64,000 nt of DNA, taken from assembly GCA_044222065.1 (NCBI GenBank), contig JBGAOA010000001.1:32001-96000 (forward strand), in the 5' to 3' direction. A program made the translations under genes and the position numbers. Below the pieces are notes generated by a model. It did no database searches and was not told the DNA's origin. It saw nothing but the letters and a program-made list of their open reading frames with translations. Positions within the stretch are counted from its first letter, which is position 1. The number at the start of each line of letters is the position of its first letter. This DNA comes from Candidatus Eiseniibacteriota bacterium. Lineage in GTDB: Bacteria > Eisenbacteria > RBG-16-71-46. This document shows, one piece after another, positions 55,365-64,000 of the stretch.

Positions 55365-57173
55365 CTACGCGGCCGGCGGCGTCTCGACTCCGGCATAGAG
55401 CTCGTCGATGCGAGCGGCGAACTTCTGGACGATGATCTTGCGGCGAACCTTGAGCGTCGGCGTGATCTCGCCGGCTTCCTGCGTGAGTTCGCGGTTCAGC
55501 AGCGCGAACTTCTTCACCTTCTCGAACGGCGCGAGATCGGCATTGAGCCGGTCGATCTCGGCCTGGTAGATCGCCGCGACCTCGCCGCGCTCGAGCAGCG
55601 CGTCGCGGTCGGAGACGTCCCAGCCGTGGGCCTTCGCGTGCGCTTCGAGCGTCGCGAAGTTCGGCACGAGCAGCGCGATCACGTAGGGGCGACGGTCGCC
55701 GAGCAGCACGGCCTCGGCGATCCACTTGCTCGTCTTGAGCCGTCCTTCGAGCGGCTGCGGCGCGACCTTCTTGCCGCCCGCCGTGACGAGCAGGTCCTTG
55801 AGCCGGTCGGTGATGAACAGCGCTCCGTCCGCGTCGAGGTGGCCGATGTCGCCGGTGTGGAACCAGCCGTCGCGGATCGCGGCGCGCGTGGCCTCGTCGT
55901 TCTGGAAGTAGCCGCGCATCACGTGGCGGCCGCGCGTGAGGATCTCGCCCTCGTCGCCGATCTTCACCTCGACGTCCGCGATCGCCGGGCCGACGGAACC
56001 CGGCTTCTCGCGACCGGGCAGGTTGAGGCAGATGACGGGCGAGGTCTCGGTGAGGCCGTAGCCTTCGACGACCGGGATGCCGACCGCGAAGAAGAACTCC
56101 ATGACCTTCGGCCCCAGCGGCGCGCCGCCCGAGATGCAGAAGCGCAGTCGTCCGCCGACGCGCTCGCGGATCTTCGCGCCGACGAGACGGTCGGCGACAC
56201 GGTGCTGCAGCGCGAGCCAGCCCGCGGGCTTGCGGCCTTCGAAGTGGAGGCGCGCGGCCTGCCGGCCCACGCCGAGCCCCCAGTGGAAGATCGCGCGCCG
56301 CAGCGGCGGGAACTTGGAGGCGTTCTCGTAGACGCGCGCGTACACCTTCTCGTAGAAGCGCGGCACGCCGGTCAGCACGGTGGGCTTCACTTCCTGCGCG
56401 TCGGTCGCGACCGTGTCCATGTTCTGCGCGTACGCGATCGTGACGCCGCACGCGAGCATGGCGTAGAGCCCGGCCATGCGCTCGAAGATGTGGCACAGCG
56501 GCAAGAACGACAGCGACGTGTCTCCACCCGTGAACGCGATGCGCTTCAGGCACGAGGCGACGTCGAACGCGATGTTGTCGTGCGTCAGCATCGCGCCCTT
56601 CGGCTCGCCCGTCGTGCCCGACGTGTAGATGATGGTCGCGAGGTCCTCGGGCTTCACGGCCTGGGCGCGGCGGCGGAACGCCTCGGGATCCGCGGCGAGC
56701 CGCTTCGCGCCGTCCTTGAGCACGGCTTCGAAGTCGTGGTCCATGGGACCGTTCGGCGGCGAAGGATCCATCACCACGACCGCCTGCACGCTCGGAAGCT
56801 CGGGCAGCACCGAGTGCACCTTGTCGAGCTGCGCGGGCGTCGAGACGACGAGCACCTTCGCCCCGGCGTTCGCGAGGATGTACTGCACCTGGGGTCCCGT
56901 CAGCGTCGGGTAGACGGGCACCGTCACCGCGCCGAGCCCGAGCGTCGCGAGGTCCGTCACGGGCCACTCGTAGCGGTTCTCGGACAGCAGTCCGACGCGG
57001 TCGCCGCGACCGATGCCGAGCGCTTCGAGCCCGAGCGCGAGAGAGGCGACGTCGTGGAGCGCGCGTTCGGCCGAGATCGCTTCCCAGGTCTTTCCGCGCC
57101 GGCGCAGGAACTGCGCGCTCTTGCGCTCGCGGTCGACGGTGTCGAGGAAAATGCCGATCAGCGTGCCGGCCAT
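55365..57173 (-). CDS. fadD: Long-chain fatty acid-CoA ligase
   Basis: IYTSGTTGEPKG, EGYGLTETSP, GWFHTGDIG, ITDRLKDL, ITPTLKVRR. Confidence 0.88.
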   Translation of the reverse strand: MAGTLIGIFLDTVDRERKSAQFLRRRGKTWEAISAERALHDVASLALGLEALGIGRGDRVGLLSENRYEWPVTDLATLGLGAVTVPVYPTLTGPQVQYILANAGAKVLVVSTPAQLDKVHSVLPELPSVQAVVVMDPSPPNGPMDHDFEAVLKDGAKRLAADPEAFRRRAQAVKPEDLATIIYTSGTTGEPKGAMLTHDNIAFDVASCLKRIAFTGGDTSLSFLPLCHIFERMAGLYAMLACGVTIAYAQNMDTVATDAQEVKPTVLTGVPRFYEKVYARVYENASKFPPLRRAIFHWGLGVGRQAARLHFEGRKPAGWLALQHRVADRLVGAKIRERVGGRLRFCISGGAPLGPKVMEFFFAVGIPVVEGYGLTETSPVICLNLPGREKPGSVGPAIADVEVKIGDEGEILTRGRHVMRGYFQNDEATRAAIRDGWFHTGDIGHLDADGALFITDRLKDLLVTAGGKKVAPQPLEGRLKTSKWIAEAVLLGDRRPYVIALLVPNFATLEAHAKAHGWDVSDRDALLERGEVAAIYQAEIDRLNADLAPFEKVKKFALLNRELTQEAGEITPTLKVRRKIIVQKFAARIDELYAGVETPPAA

Positions 57174-57331
57174 GGGGGCTCCTTGAGCGAAGTGGGCCGC
57201 CCTCCTGGCGGCCGGTGGGGCGTAGGGGTAACACCCGCACCCGCGCCGCTCAAGAACAATCGGCCACGCGCGCGGCGCCGGGCCGATGCGTTGACAATGG
57301 TCGGGACCGTGGGACAGAGTCCGGCCCTCGC

Positions 57332-58156
57332 ATGACCGAACCCTTCGAGTCGCCTCGCGCCCCGCGTCTCGGGCCCCGCCGTCCGCTCCCGTCGATCGTC
57401 CTCCACCTCTCGCTCGTCCTCGTTGCGATCGCGGCCGCCGCCGTCCGTCCCGCGCGCGCCGACGTCGCGGCCGAGATCGCCGCCGGCGACGTCGCCTACG
57501 CGCAAGGCCAGCTGCCGCGCGCGCTCGCCGCGTTCCAGGCCGCGCTCAAGGAGGATCCGAAGCACTTCTCCGCGCTGTGGCGGCTGTCGCGCGCGGAGTC
57601 CGAAGCGGGCGAGGACGCGAAGGGCGAGGAGCGCAAGCAGCTCATCGCCTCGGCGGTCGAGCACGCGCGCCTCGCGACTCAGGTCGCGCCGGACAGCGCG
57701 CGCGGCCACCTCGCGCTCGCGATCGCGCTCGGGCGGCAGGCCCTCAAGGAAGGTCCCAAGACGAAGCTCGCGCTCGCGCGCGAGATCAAGTCCGAGGTGG
57801 ACCGGGCGCTGCAGGCCGATGCCGCCCTCGGGCGCGCCTACCACGTGCGCGCGATGTGGAACCGCGAGGTCGCGAGCCTGAACGCCCTCGAACGGATGGC
57901 AGCGAACACGGTGCTCGGCGGCGTTCCGAAGGGCGCCTCGATGGACAACGCCGTGAACGACCTCGAACGCGCCGTCTCGCTCGAGCCCGACTACGTGAAC
58001 CACCGCCTCGAACTCGGCCGCACGTACCTCATGCTGAAGCGCCGCGACGACGCGCGCCGCGAGCTCGAGAAGGCGGTCGCGCTCGCTCCGACGAGCAACC
58101 CGCGCGATGCCCACTACCAGACGGAAGCGCGGGAGCTGCTGAAGAAGCTGAAGTAG
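57332..58156 (+). CDS. Exported TPR-like helical repeat protein
   Basis: Signal segment ending ARA-D; ALWRLSRA, GHLALAIALG, LELGRTY...ELEKAV TPR-like helices. Confidence 0.7.
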   Translation: MTEPFESPRAPRLGPRRPLPSIVLHLSLVLVAIAAAAVRPARADVAAEIAAGDVAYAQGQLPRALAAFQAALKEDPKHFSALWRLSRAESEAGEDAKGEERKQLIASAVEHARLATQVAPDSARGHLALAIALGRQALKEGPKTKLALAREIKSEVDRALQADAALGRAYHVRAMWNREVASLNALERMAANTVLGGVPKGASMDNAVNDLERAVSLEPDYVNHRLELGRTYLMLKRRDDARRELEKAVALAPTSNPRDAHYQTEARELLKKLK

Positions 58157-58174
58157 TTCGGAAGGGGGCAGGGG

Positions 58175-59458
58175 ATGGCGGTGGGAGGATGGATCCTCGC
58201 AGGCACACGGACGCCGTTCGTGAAGGCCGGAGCCGCGTTCCGCAAGGTGCCCGTGTACGAGCTGGGCCGGCTCGCGCTCGCGGAGCTGTTCGCCCGCACG
58301 AACCTCGATCCCGCCCGCCTCGACCACGTGTCGCTCGGCAACTGCGCGATGCCGGCCGAGGCCGCGAACTCCGCCCGAATCACCGCACTGCTCGCGGGCG
58401 TGCCGCAGTCCGTGCCGGCCGCGACCGTGCACCGCAACTGCGCCTCGGGCATGGAATCGGTCGCGGACGGGCTCTATCGCATCGCGGCGGGCGACGCCTC
58501 GATCGTGGCCGTCGGCGGCATGGAATCCATGAGCCGCATCCCGCTCCTCTACTCGTTCGAGTACGGCGACTGGCTCGAGGGCCTGATGCGCGCGAAGACG
58601 CCGGCGCAGAAGCTCGGCCAGTTCGCGAAGTTCCGGCCCGCGCTGCTCGCGCCGCGCATCGCGATCGCCGAAGGCCTCACCGACCTCGTGTGCGGGCTCA
58701 ACATGGGACAGACGGCCGAGGTGCTCGCGCGCGAGTTCCGCATCCCGCGCGAGCGCCAGGACGAATTCGCGCTCCGGAGCCACCAGCGCGCGATCGCCTC
58801 GCGTGACAAGCTGCGCGAGGAGATCCTGCCCGTGTTTCCGCCGCCGTCGTACGAGGCCGTGCTCGACGACATCGGTCCGCGCGAGGGCCAGACGATCGAG
58901 GCGCTCGGGAAGCTCAAGCCGTACTTCGACCGCAAGAACGGCACGGTCACGGTCGGCAACGCCTGCCAGGTCACCGACGGCGCCGTCGCGCTGCTGATCG
59001 GCGGCGAGGCGGCCGCGGCCTCGTGGCCGACGCCGCCGCTCGCGCGCATCCGCGCGTTCGCGTTCGCGGGGCTCGACCCGTCGCGCATGGGCCTCGGGCC
59101 CGTGTTCGCGGCGAAGCTCGCGCTCGAGCGCGCCGGGCTCGCGCTGGCCGACATGGAGCTGTTCGAGATCAACGAGGCGTTCGCGGCCCAGGTGCTCGCG
59201 TGTGTCGACGCCGCGCGCTCCCCCGAGTTCGGGCGCCGCGAGCTCGGGCTGCCGGGGGCGCTCGGCGAGATCCCGCTCGACCGGCTCAACGTGAACGGCG
59301 GCGCGATCGCGCTCGGCCATCCCGTCGGCGCGAGCGGCGCCCGGCTGCTGCTCACGCTCGCGCACGAGCTGCGCCGCCAGAACCTCAAGCGCGGCCTCGC
59401 GGCGCTGTGCGTCGGCGGGGGACAGGGCGCGGCGTTCGTCGTGGAGCGCGAGTCGTGA
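58175..59458 (+). CDS. fadI: Acetyl-CoA C-acyltransferase (thiolase, FadI-like)
   Basis: RTPF, NCASG (catalytic Cys), EINEAFA, NGGAIALGHP, CVGGGQG. Confidence 0.85.
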   Translation: MAVGGWILAGTRTPFVKAGAAFRKVPVYELGRLALAELFARTNLDPARLDHVSLGNCAMPAEAANSARITALLAGVPQSVPAATVHRNCASGMESVADGLYRIAAGDASIVAVGGMESMSRIPLLYSFEYGDWLEGLMRAKTPAQKLGQFAKFRPALLAPRIAIAEGLTDLVCGLNMGQTAEVLAREFRIPRERQDEFALRSHQRAIASRDKLREEILPVFPPPSYEAVLDDIGPREGQTIEALGKLKPYFDRKNGTVTVGNACQVTDGAVALLIGGEAAAASWPTPPLARIRAFAFAGLDPSRMGLGPVFAAKLALERAGLALADMELFEINEAFAAQVLACVDAARSPEFGRRELGLPGALGEIPLDRLNVNGGAIALGHPVGASGARLLLTLAHELRRQNLKRGLAALCVGGGQGAAFVVERES

Positions 59459-61605
59459 GCGCGTTCCGGATCGAGCGCGGCGCACAGGGCGTCGTCCACC
59501 TCGTGATGGACGATCCCGCCCGCAAGGTGAACGTGCTCGACGAGGGCGCGCTCGCGGGACTCGAACAGGCGCTCGCGGAACTCGGACGGCTCACCGACGT
59601 GACGGGCCTCGTGCTGCGGAGCGGCAAGTCCGGCTCGTTCATCGCCGGCGCCGACGTGCAGGTGATCGGCGCGATCACCGACCGCGAGCGGCTCGTCGAG
59701 ATCGTGCGCCGCGCGCACGCCGCGTTCTCGAAACTCGCCTCGCTGCCGTACCCGACGGTCGCCGCGATCGACGGCGCGTGCCTCGGCGGCGGACTCGAGA
59801 TCGCGCTCGCCTGCGACTCGCGCGTCGCGAGCGAGGAGAAGCGCACGCAGATCGGCCTGCCCGAGACGCTGCTCGGGCTGTTCCCGGCCTTCGGCGGCAC
59901 GACGCGGCTGCCGCGGGTCGTGGGGCTCTCGGCGGCGCTCGACCTGATCCTGACGGGGCGCGCGCTCGACGCGAAGCGCGCCGAGAAGCTCGGCCTCGTC
60001 GCGCGCGCGGTTCCGGCGGCGTGGCTCGTCGAGGCGGCGGAGCGCCGCGTCGGCGAACTGCGCCAGCGCCCCGCCGCCTCGCGCCGCGACCGCTATCGCG
60101 CGAAGGGCTTCGTGCCGTGGTTCCTCGACGAGACCGCGCCCGGGCGCGCGCTCGCGATCGGGCAGGCGAACAAGCTGACGATGGCGCGCACCGGCGGCCG
60201 CTACCCGGCGCCGATCGCGGCGCTGAGCGTGCTGCGCCACGGCATCGCGGGCAGCGTCGAGGAATCGCTGAAGCTCGAGGCGAACTGGGTCGGCGACCTC
60301 GTCGTGGGCCCCGTGTGCAAGAACCTCGTGCGCATCTTCCTGCTCTCGGAGCGCGCGAAGAAGGACGCCGTCGTCGCCGACGCGTCGCTCGAGCCCGCGC
60401 CCGTGCGCGCGCTCGCGCTCGCGGGCGCGGGCGTGATGGGCGCGGGCATCGCGGAGCTCGCGTCGCGCAACGGGATCGTGGTGCGGCTGCGCGACGTGCA
60501 GCCCGCCGCCGTGACGCGCGGACTCCAGACGATCCGGGGCATCGTGGACGAGCGCTCGAAGAAGCGCCGCGGCGCGGGCCGCGAGCGCGACGCTCAGATG
60601 GCGCGCCTGCTGCCCGCGCTCGACCTGGACGGCGCCGGCCGCGCGGACGCGGCGATCGAGGCCGTCGTCGAAGACCTCGACGTGAAGCGCCGCGTGTTCG
60701 CCGAACTCGAGGTGCGGCTGCGGCCGGATGCGCTGCTCGCGACGAACACGTCGTCGCTGTCGGTGGACGAGATCGCGCAGGGGCTCGCGCATCCCGAGCG
60801 CTTCTGCGGCTTCCACTTCTTCAATCCCGTGCACCGCATGCCGCTCGTCGAGGTCGTGCGCGGCGAGAAGACGTCGGACCGCGCGCTCGTCACGGCGGTC
60901 GCGCTGGCGCGCCGGCTCGGCAAGACGCCCGTCGTCGTGAAGGACTCGGCCGGCTTCGTCGTGAACCGCATCCTCATGCCCTACATGCGAGAGGGCCTGC
61001 ACCTGCTCGAAGAGGGCTACGCGCTCGTCGAGATCGATCGCGCGATGCGCGACTTCGGCATGCCGATGGGGCCGTTCGAGGTGGTGGACGAGGTCGGCAT
61101 CGACGTCGCGAACAAGGTCGCGGGCGTGCTGTCGAAGGCGTTCCCGGGGCGCATGTCGCCGTCTCCGGTGCTCGAGCGCATGGTCGCGGCGGGGCGGCTC
61201 GGCAAGAAGAACGGCCGCGGCTTCTACCTGCATCGCGGCAAGAAGCGCGAAGCCGATCCTCAGCTGCGCGGAGTCCTCGGGCTCGAGCGCGAGCGGCGCA
61301 GCACGCGGATCGACCTGCTCGCCGAGCGCATGGTGCTCGCGATGCTGAACGAGAGCGCCCGCTGCCTCGAGGAAGGCGTCGTGTCCGACGCCGGCATGCT
61401 CGACCTCGCGATGATCTTCGGCACCGGCTTCCCGCCGTTCCGCGGCGGCCCGCTGCGACACGCCGACACGCTCGGACTCCCGCACGTCGTCTCGCGCCTC
61501 AAGGCGCTCGCGGCCGAGCGCGGGGAGCGGTTCACGCCGTCCGCGCTGCTCGCGAAACTCGCCGCCGAAGGCGGCACGTTCACGCAGCCGGTCGTTTCCG
61601 GCTAG
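59455..61605 (+). CDS. fadJ: Fatty-acid oxidation multifunctional enzyme alpha subunit (enoyl-CoA hydratase/3-hydroxyacyl-CoA dehydrogenase)
   Basis: FIAGAD, CLGGGLE, GLPE, GAGVMGAGIA, ATNTSSL, HFFNP, GFVVNRIL, GFPPFRGG; GTGA overlap with the thiolase. Confidence 0.88.
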   Translation: MSAFRIERGAQGVVHLVMDDPARKVNVLDEGALAGLEQALAELGRLTDVTGLVLRSGKSGSFIAGADVQVIGAITDRERLVEIVRRAHAAFSKLASLPYPTVAAIDGACLGGGLEIALACDSRVASEEKRTQIGLPETLLGLFPAFGGTTRLPRVVGLSAALDLILTGRALDAKRAEKLGLVARAVPAAWLVEAAERRVGELRQRPAASRRDRYRAKGFVPWFLDETAPGRALAIGQANKLTMARTGGRYPAPIAALSVLRHGIAGSVEESLKLEANWVGDLVVGPVCKNLVRIFLLSERAKKDAVVADASLEPAPVRALALAGAGVMGAGIAELASRNGIVVRLRDVQPAAVTRGLQTIRGIVDERSKKRRGAGRERDAQMARLLPALDLDGAGRADAAIEAVVEDLDVKRRVFAELEVRLRPDALLATNTSSLSVDEIAQGLAHPERFCGFHFFNPVHRMPLVEVVRGEKTSDRALVTAVALARRLGKTPVVVKDSAGFVVNRILMPYMREGLHLLEEGYALVEIDRAMRDFGMPMGPFEVVDEVGIDVANKVAGVLSKAFPGRMSPSPVLERMVAAGRLGKKNGRGFYLHRGKKREADPQLRGVLGLERERRSTRIDLLAERMVLAMLNESARCLEEGVVSDAGMLDLAMIFGTGFPPFRGGPLRHADTLGLPHVVSRLKALAAERGERFTPSALLAKLAAEGGTFTQPVVSG

Positions 61606-61639
61606 CCGGAGCGTCGCCGGCGGGAGTAGTCTTTCCGCC

Positions 61640-63172
61640 GTGGTTCCGCGTCCCTCGAATCCGCGCCACCGCACCGGTCCTTCGCCGGTCGGCCGGCTCC
61701 TCGCGATCCTCGCGCTCGCGCTCCTGACGGTTCCGTTCGCGCACGCGCCGGCGTCCGCGGCGTGGCAGACGTTCCACGTCGACAGCACGAACCTCACGCT
61801 TCCCGCTCCCTGCCTCGCGCTCGAACCGCTCACGGGCATCGCGCACGTCGGCTATCGCGACAACACGTCGCTGCTCCACGCGTGGGGATCGCCCGGGAGC
61901 TGGAGCATCGAGACGATCACGACGGACGGCTCGAGTCTCGACTGGGTGATCGACGGTGCGGGAGTGCCGGCCGCGGCGTACGTGAAATCGGGCGGCGTGA
62001 TCGCGCTCGCGCGTCCCGGCGCGGGCGGCTGGAGCGAGGACACCGTCGCGGTGCTGCCGGGCTGGGTCCTCTCGTCCGCGCTTGCGCTCGCGCCGGGAAC
62101 GGAGGAGCCCGTCGTCGCGTGGATGGGGCAGGTGCCTGCCACGTCACCCGTCCGCATGGACGTGATGATCGCCCGACGCGTCGCGGGAACGTGGACGTTC
62201 GCGACCGTGGACTCGTTCACGAACGGAATCCGCATGCCGCCCGCCCTCGAGATCGCTCCCGACGGTACGCCACGGCTCTCCTATCTCGCGGGCGTTGCGT
62301 CCACGACCGAGCTTCGGTACGCCTCGGCCGCGGGTCCGCTCGGACCGTTCGCGTACGAGACGATCGACCCGCTCGGATTCACTCGCGTCGCGATGGCGCT
62401 GGATCCCGCGAGCGCCGAGCCACGCGTCGCCTACTTCAGCTGGGACGACACGCTCGCGACGTTTCTCGTGCGCTACGGCTGGCGCGAGGGCGGCGCCTGG
62501 CAGCGGCTGAACGCGGGCGACACGGGCGGCGGCCTGCTGGGCTACCCGGTCTCGCTCGCGCTGGACGCCTTCGGGAGTCCGGCGATCGCGTTCGCGCGCC
62601 TGGACCCGATCCTCGAGCAGCCGAAGCGCGGCGACGCGCCGGCTTCGGTGCTTGCCTGCGCGGGTTCCGTCGAATCGGCGACGACCGTGATCGCGCGGCG
62701 TGCGGAGGCGACGGGATTCGCTCCGTTCCCGCCCGAATACACCCCCGGCTACAACCAGATCCCGAGCCGGCGTTCGCTCGCGCGCCTGCCGTTCGGCCCG
62801 CTGCGCCTGGTCGCGAGCAGCCCGCCGCAGAACGGCTGCACGTATCAGGTCTCCTACCTCGCGGAGACCGGCACGCTCGGCGTGAGCGATTCCGCCGAAC
62901 CGCCGCTGACGCTCGCCGCGCCGTCGCCCAATCCGTGGCGGCCCGGATCTCCGCTCGCGCTCGAACTCGCACTCGCGACCGCCGGAACCGTGCGCGTCGA
63001 ACTCGTGGACGTCGCGGGCCGCGTGCTCGCGCGGGCCGAGTTCGGTCGCCGGGGGGCGGGCGCGCATCGCCTGAGTTGGGATCCGGGCGAACTGCCGCCC
63101 GGCTGCTACTGGATCCGCGCGCACGCGGACGACCGCAGCGTGCGCACGCGGGCGCTGGTCGTCCTGCGCTAG
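61640..63172 (+). CDS. Secreted propeller-like protein with FlgD-Ig/T9SS-like C-terminal domain
   Basis: Signal ending ASA; repeated W..ETI / LALD..G.P.VAY units; CTD PSPNP...VELVDVAGRVL...W....PGCYW...ALVVLR. Confidence 0.7.
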   Translation: MVPRPSNPRHRTGPSPVGRLLAILALALLTVPFAHAPASAAWQTFHVDSTNLTLPAPCLALEPLTGIAHVGYRDNTSLLHAWGSPGSWSIETITTDGSSLDWVIDGAGVPAAAYVKSGGVIALARPGAGGWSEDTVAVLPGWVLSSALALAPGTEEPVVAWMGQVPATSPVRMDVMIARRVAGTWTFATVDSFTNGIRMPPALEIAPDGTPRLSYLAGVASTTELRYASAAGPLGPFAYETIDPLGFTRVAMALDPASAEPRVAYFSWDDTLATFLVRYGWREGGAWQRLNAGDTGGGLLGYPVSLALDAFGSPAIAFARLDPILEQPKRGDAPASVLACAGSVESATTVIARRAEATGFAPFPPEYTPGYNQIPSRRSLARLPFGPLRLVASSPPQNGCTYQVSYLAETGTLGVSDSAEPPLTLAAPSPNPWRPGSPLALELALATAGTVRVELVDVAGRVLARAEFGRRGAGAHRLSWDPGELPPGCYWIRAHADDRSVRTRALVVLR

Positions 63173-63319
63173 CGGTTCCGGGCGGCTCTCCTCGCTGTCA
63201 CGGCGGCGACAAATCACCGCGCCGCGCCGTCGCGTCCGCCTCCGGGGCCAACCTTTCGGACGGCGCTCCTGTCGAAGCTGCACACGATGCACGCGACGCC
63301 GAACGACGGGAGGCCCGAC

Positions 63320-63700
63320 GTGAACGCACGACTGAATCCGATCGCCCGCACCGCGATCCTCACCGCCGCGGCGCTCGCGCTCGCGATCTCGACGGCGGCC
63401 GAGCTGTCGTCCGACGCGCGGAGCTGGTGGCGCACGGTCGAGCGCGAGCCGCTGCCGGGCGCGGCGCGCTCGACGGCGCTCGTGCTCGCGAACGCGACGG
63501 CGGTCCGCCTGAGCGAGTACCTGGCGTGGGGCCGGTTCGGCGCGGCGCGCAACGTGGAAGCGCCGGTGCTCGTGATCGGCGTCGATGCGAAGGCGCCGCT
63601 CGCACCGATGCGCGTGCTGCGCAAGGTCGAGTGCGCGGGCTGCGGGATCGCGCCGGCGATCGAGGTGCGGCGAAGGACGATTTCGACGAACGCTTCGTGA
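63320..63700 (+). CDS. Hypothetical protein with N-terminal hydrophobic segment
   Basis: GGGAGG RBS before GTG 63320; no recognisable family. Confidence 0.4.
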   Translation: MNARLNPIARTAILTAAALALAISTAAELSSDARSWWRTVEREPLPGAARSTALVLANATAVRLSEYLAWGRFGAARNVEAPVLVIGVDAKAPLAPMRVLRKVECAGCGIAPAIEVRRRTISTNAS

Positions 63701-64000
63701 CGGGGCGTTGACCGGGCGAGAGGACCGAGCTCGACCGGTGGATGCGGGGCGCGGGAGCGACCGGACTGAGCGGCGGCCAACCGGATCGCGAACGCGCCTC
63801 GCTATTTTTTCGTCGCGCCGCGTGCCGGGCTCGTGACGAGCGCTCGCGCGAGCGGGGCCTGGCTCGGAGCGGTCCCGCCCGGCGGCCCCCGGACACTCGA
63901 TCGAGCGCCCTGCGGGGCTCCGCCCGGCCCCGTCGCCGCCGTGGCGGCCGCTCGCGGGGCGCGTGTCCCCCGCTCCTTCGGGGCCCAAAACAAAAGGCCC

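Noticed and set aside
63700..64000. Possible RNA gene or terminator at the right edge
   Set aside because: GC-rich dyads and a terminal AAAACAAAAGGCCC suggest a minus-strand terminator cut by the window edge, but too little is visible to call.

Overview
Very GC-rich bacterial chromosomal window with about 52 credible CDS; most long ORFs in the six-frame track are antisense or off-frame shadows. The futalosine menaquinone genes, outer-membrane proteins and three proteins with FlgD-Ig/T9SS-like C-terminal domains suggest a diderm lineage such as Ca. Eisenbacteria (inference, not confirmable here). The main feature is a ~13 kb multiheme-cytochrome locus (5246-18444). A divergent ccmF faces a putative operon preceded by a near-consensus sigma54 promoter. 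The operon encodes an NHL beta-propeller, an OmcS-like hexaheme cytochrome that keeps the FH-x6-CxxCHxxH N-terminus, a 9+1-heme cytochrome, an outer-membrane beta-barrel, two CsgG/PelC-like lipoproteins, a small exported protein and a 42-heme cytochrome. Together these form a candidate cytochrome-nanowire assembly and extracellular electron transfer system in a non-Geobacter-like host. Other content: mqnC, mqnD, four GT-C membrane glycosyltransferases, a PA-domain metalloprotease, an ndh/GH1/GlcG/cupin/gluconolactonase/DM13 run, hflX, trxA, a disrupted nnr (exact 140-bp ectopic copy plus a 14-bp tandem duplication), an MrfA/MrfB-like helicase-exonuclease pair, a frameshifted zinc-ribbon/cold-shock fusion, a MarR/VOC pair with a palindromic operator, and a fatty-acid uptake and beta-oxidation cluster. 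A perfect 22-bp inverted repeat precedes mqnC. No rRNA, tRNA, CRISPR array or transposase was recognised.
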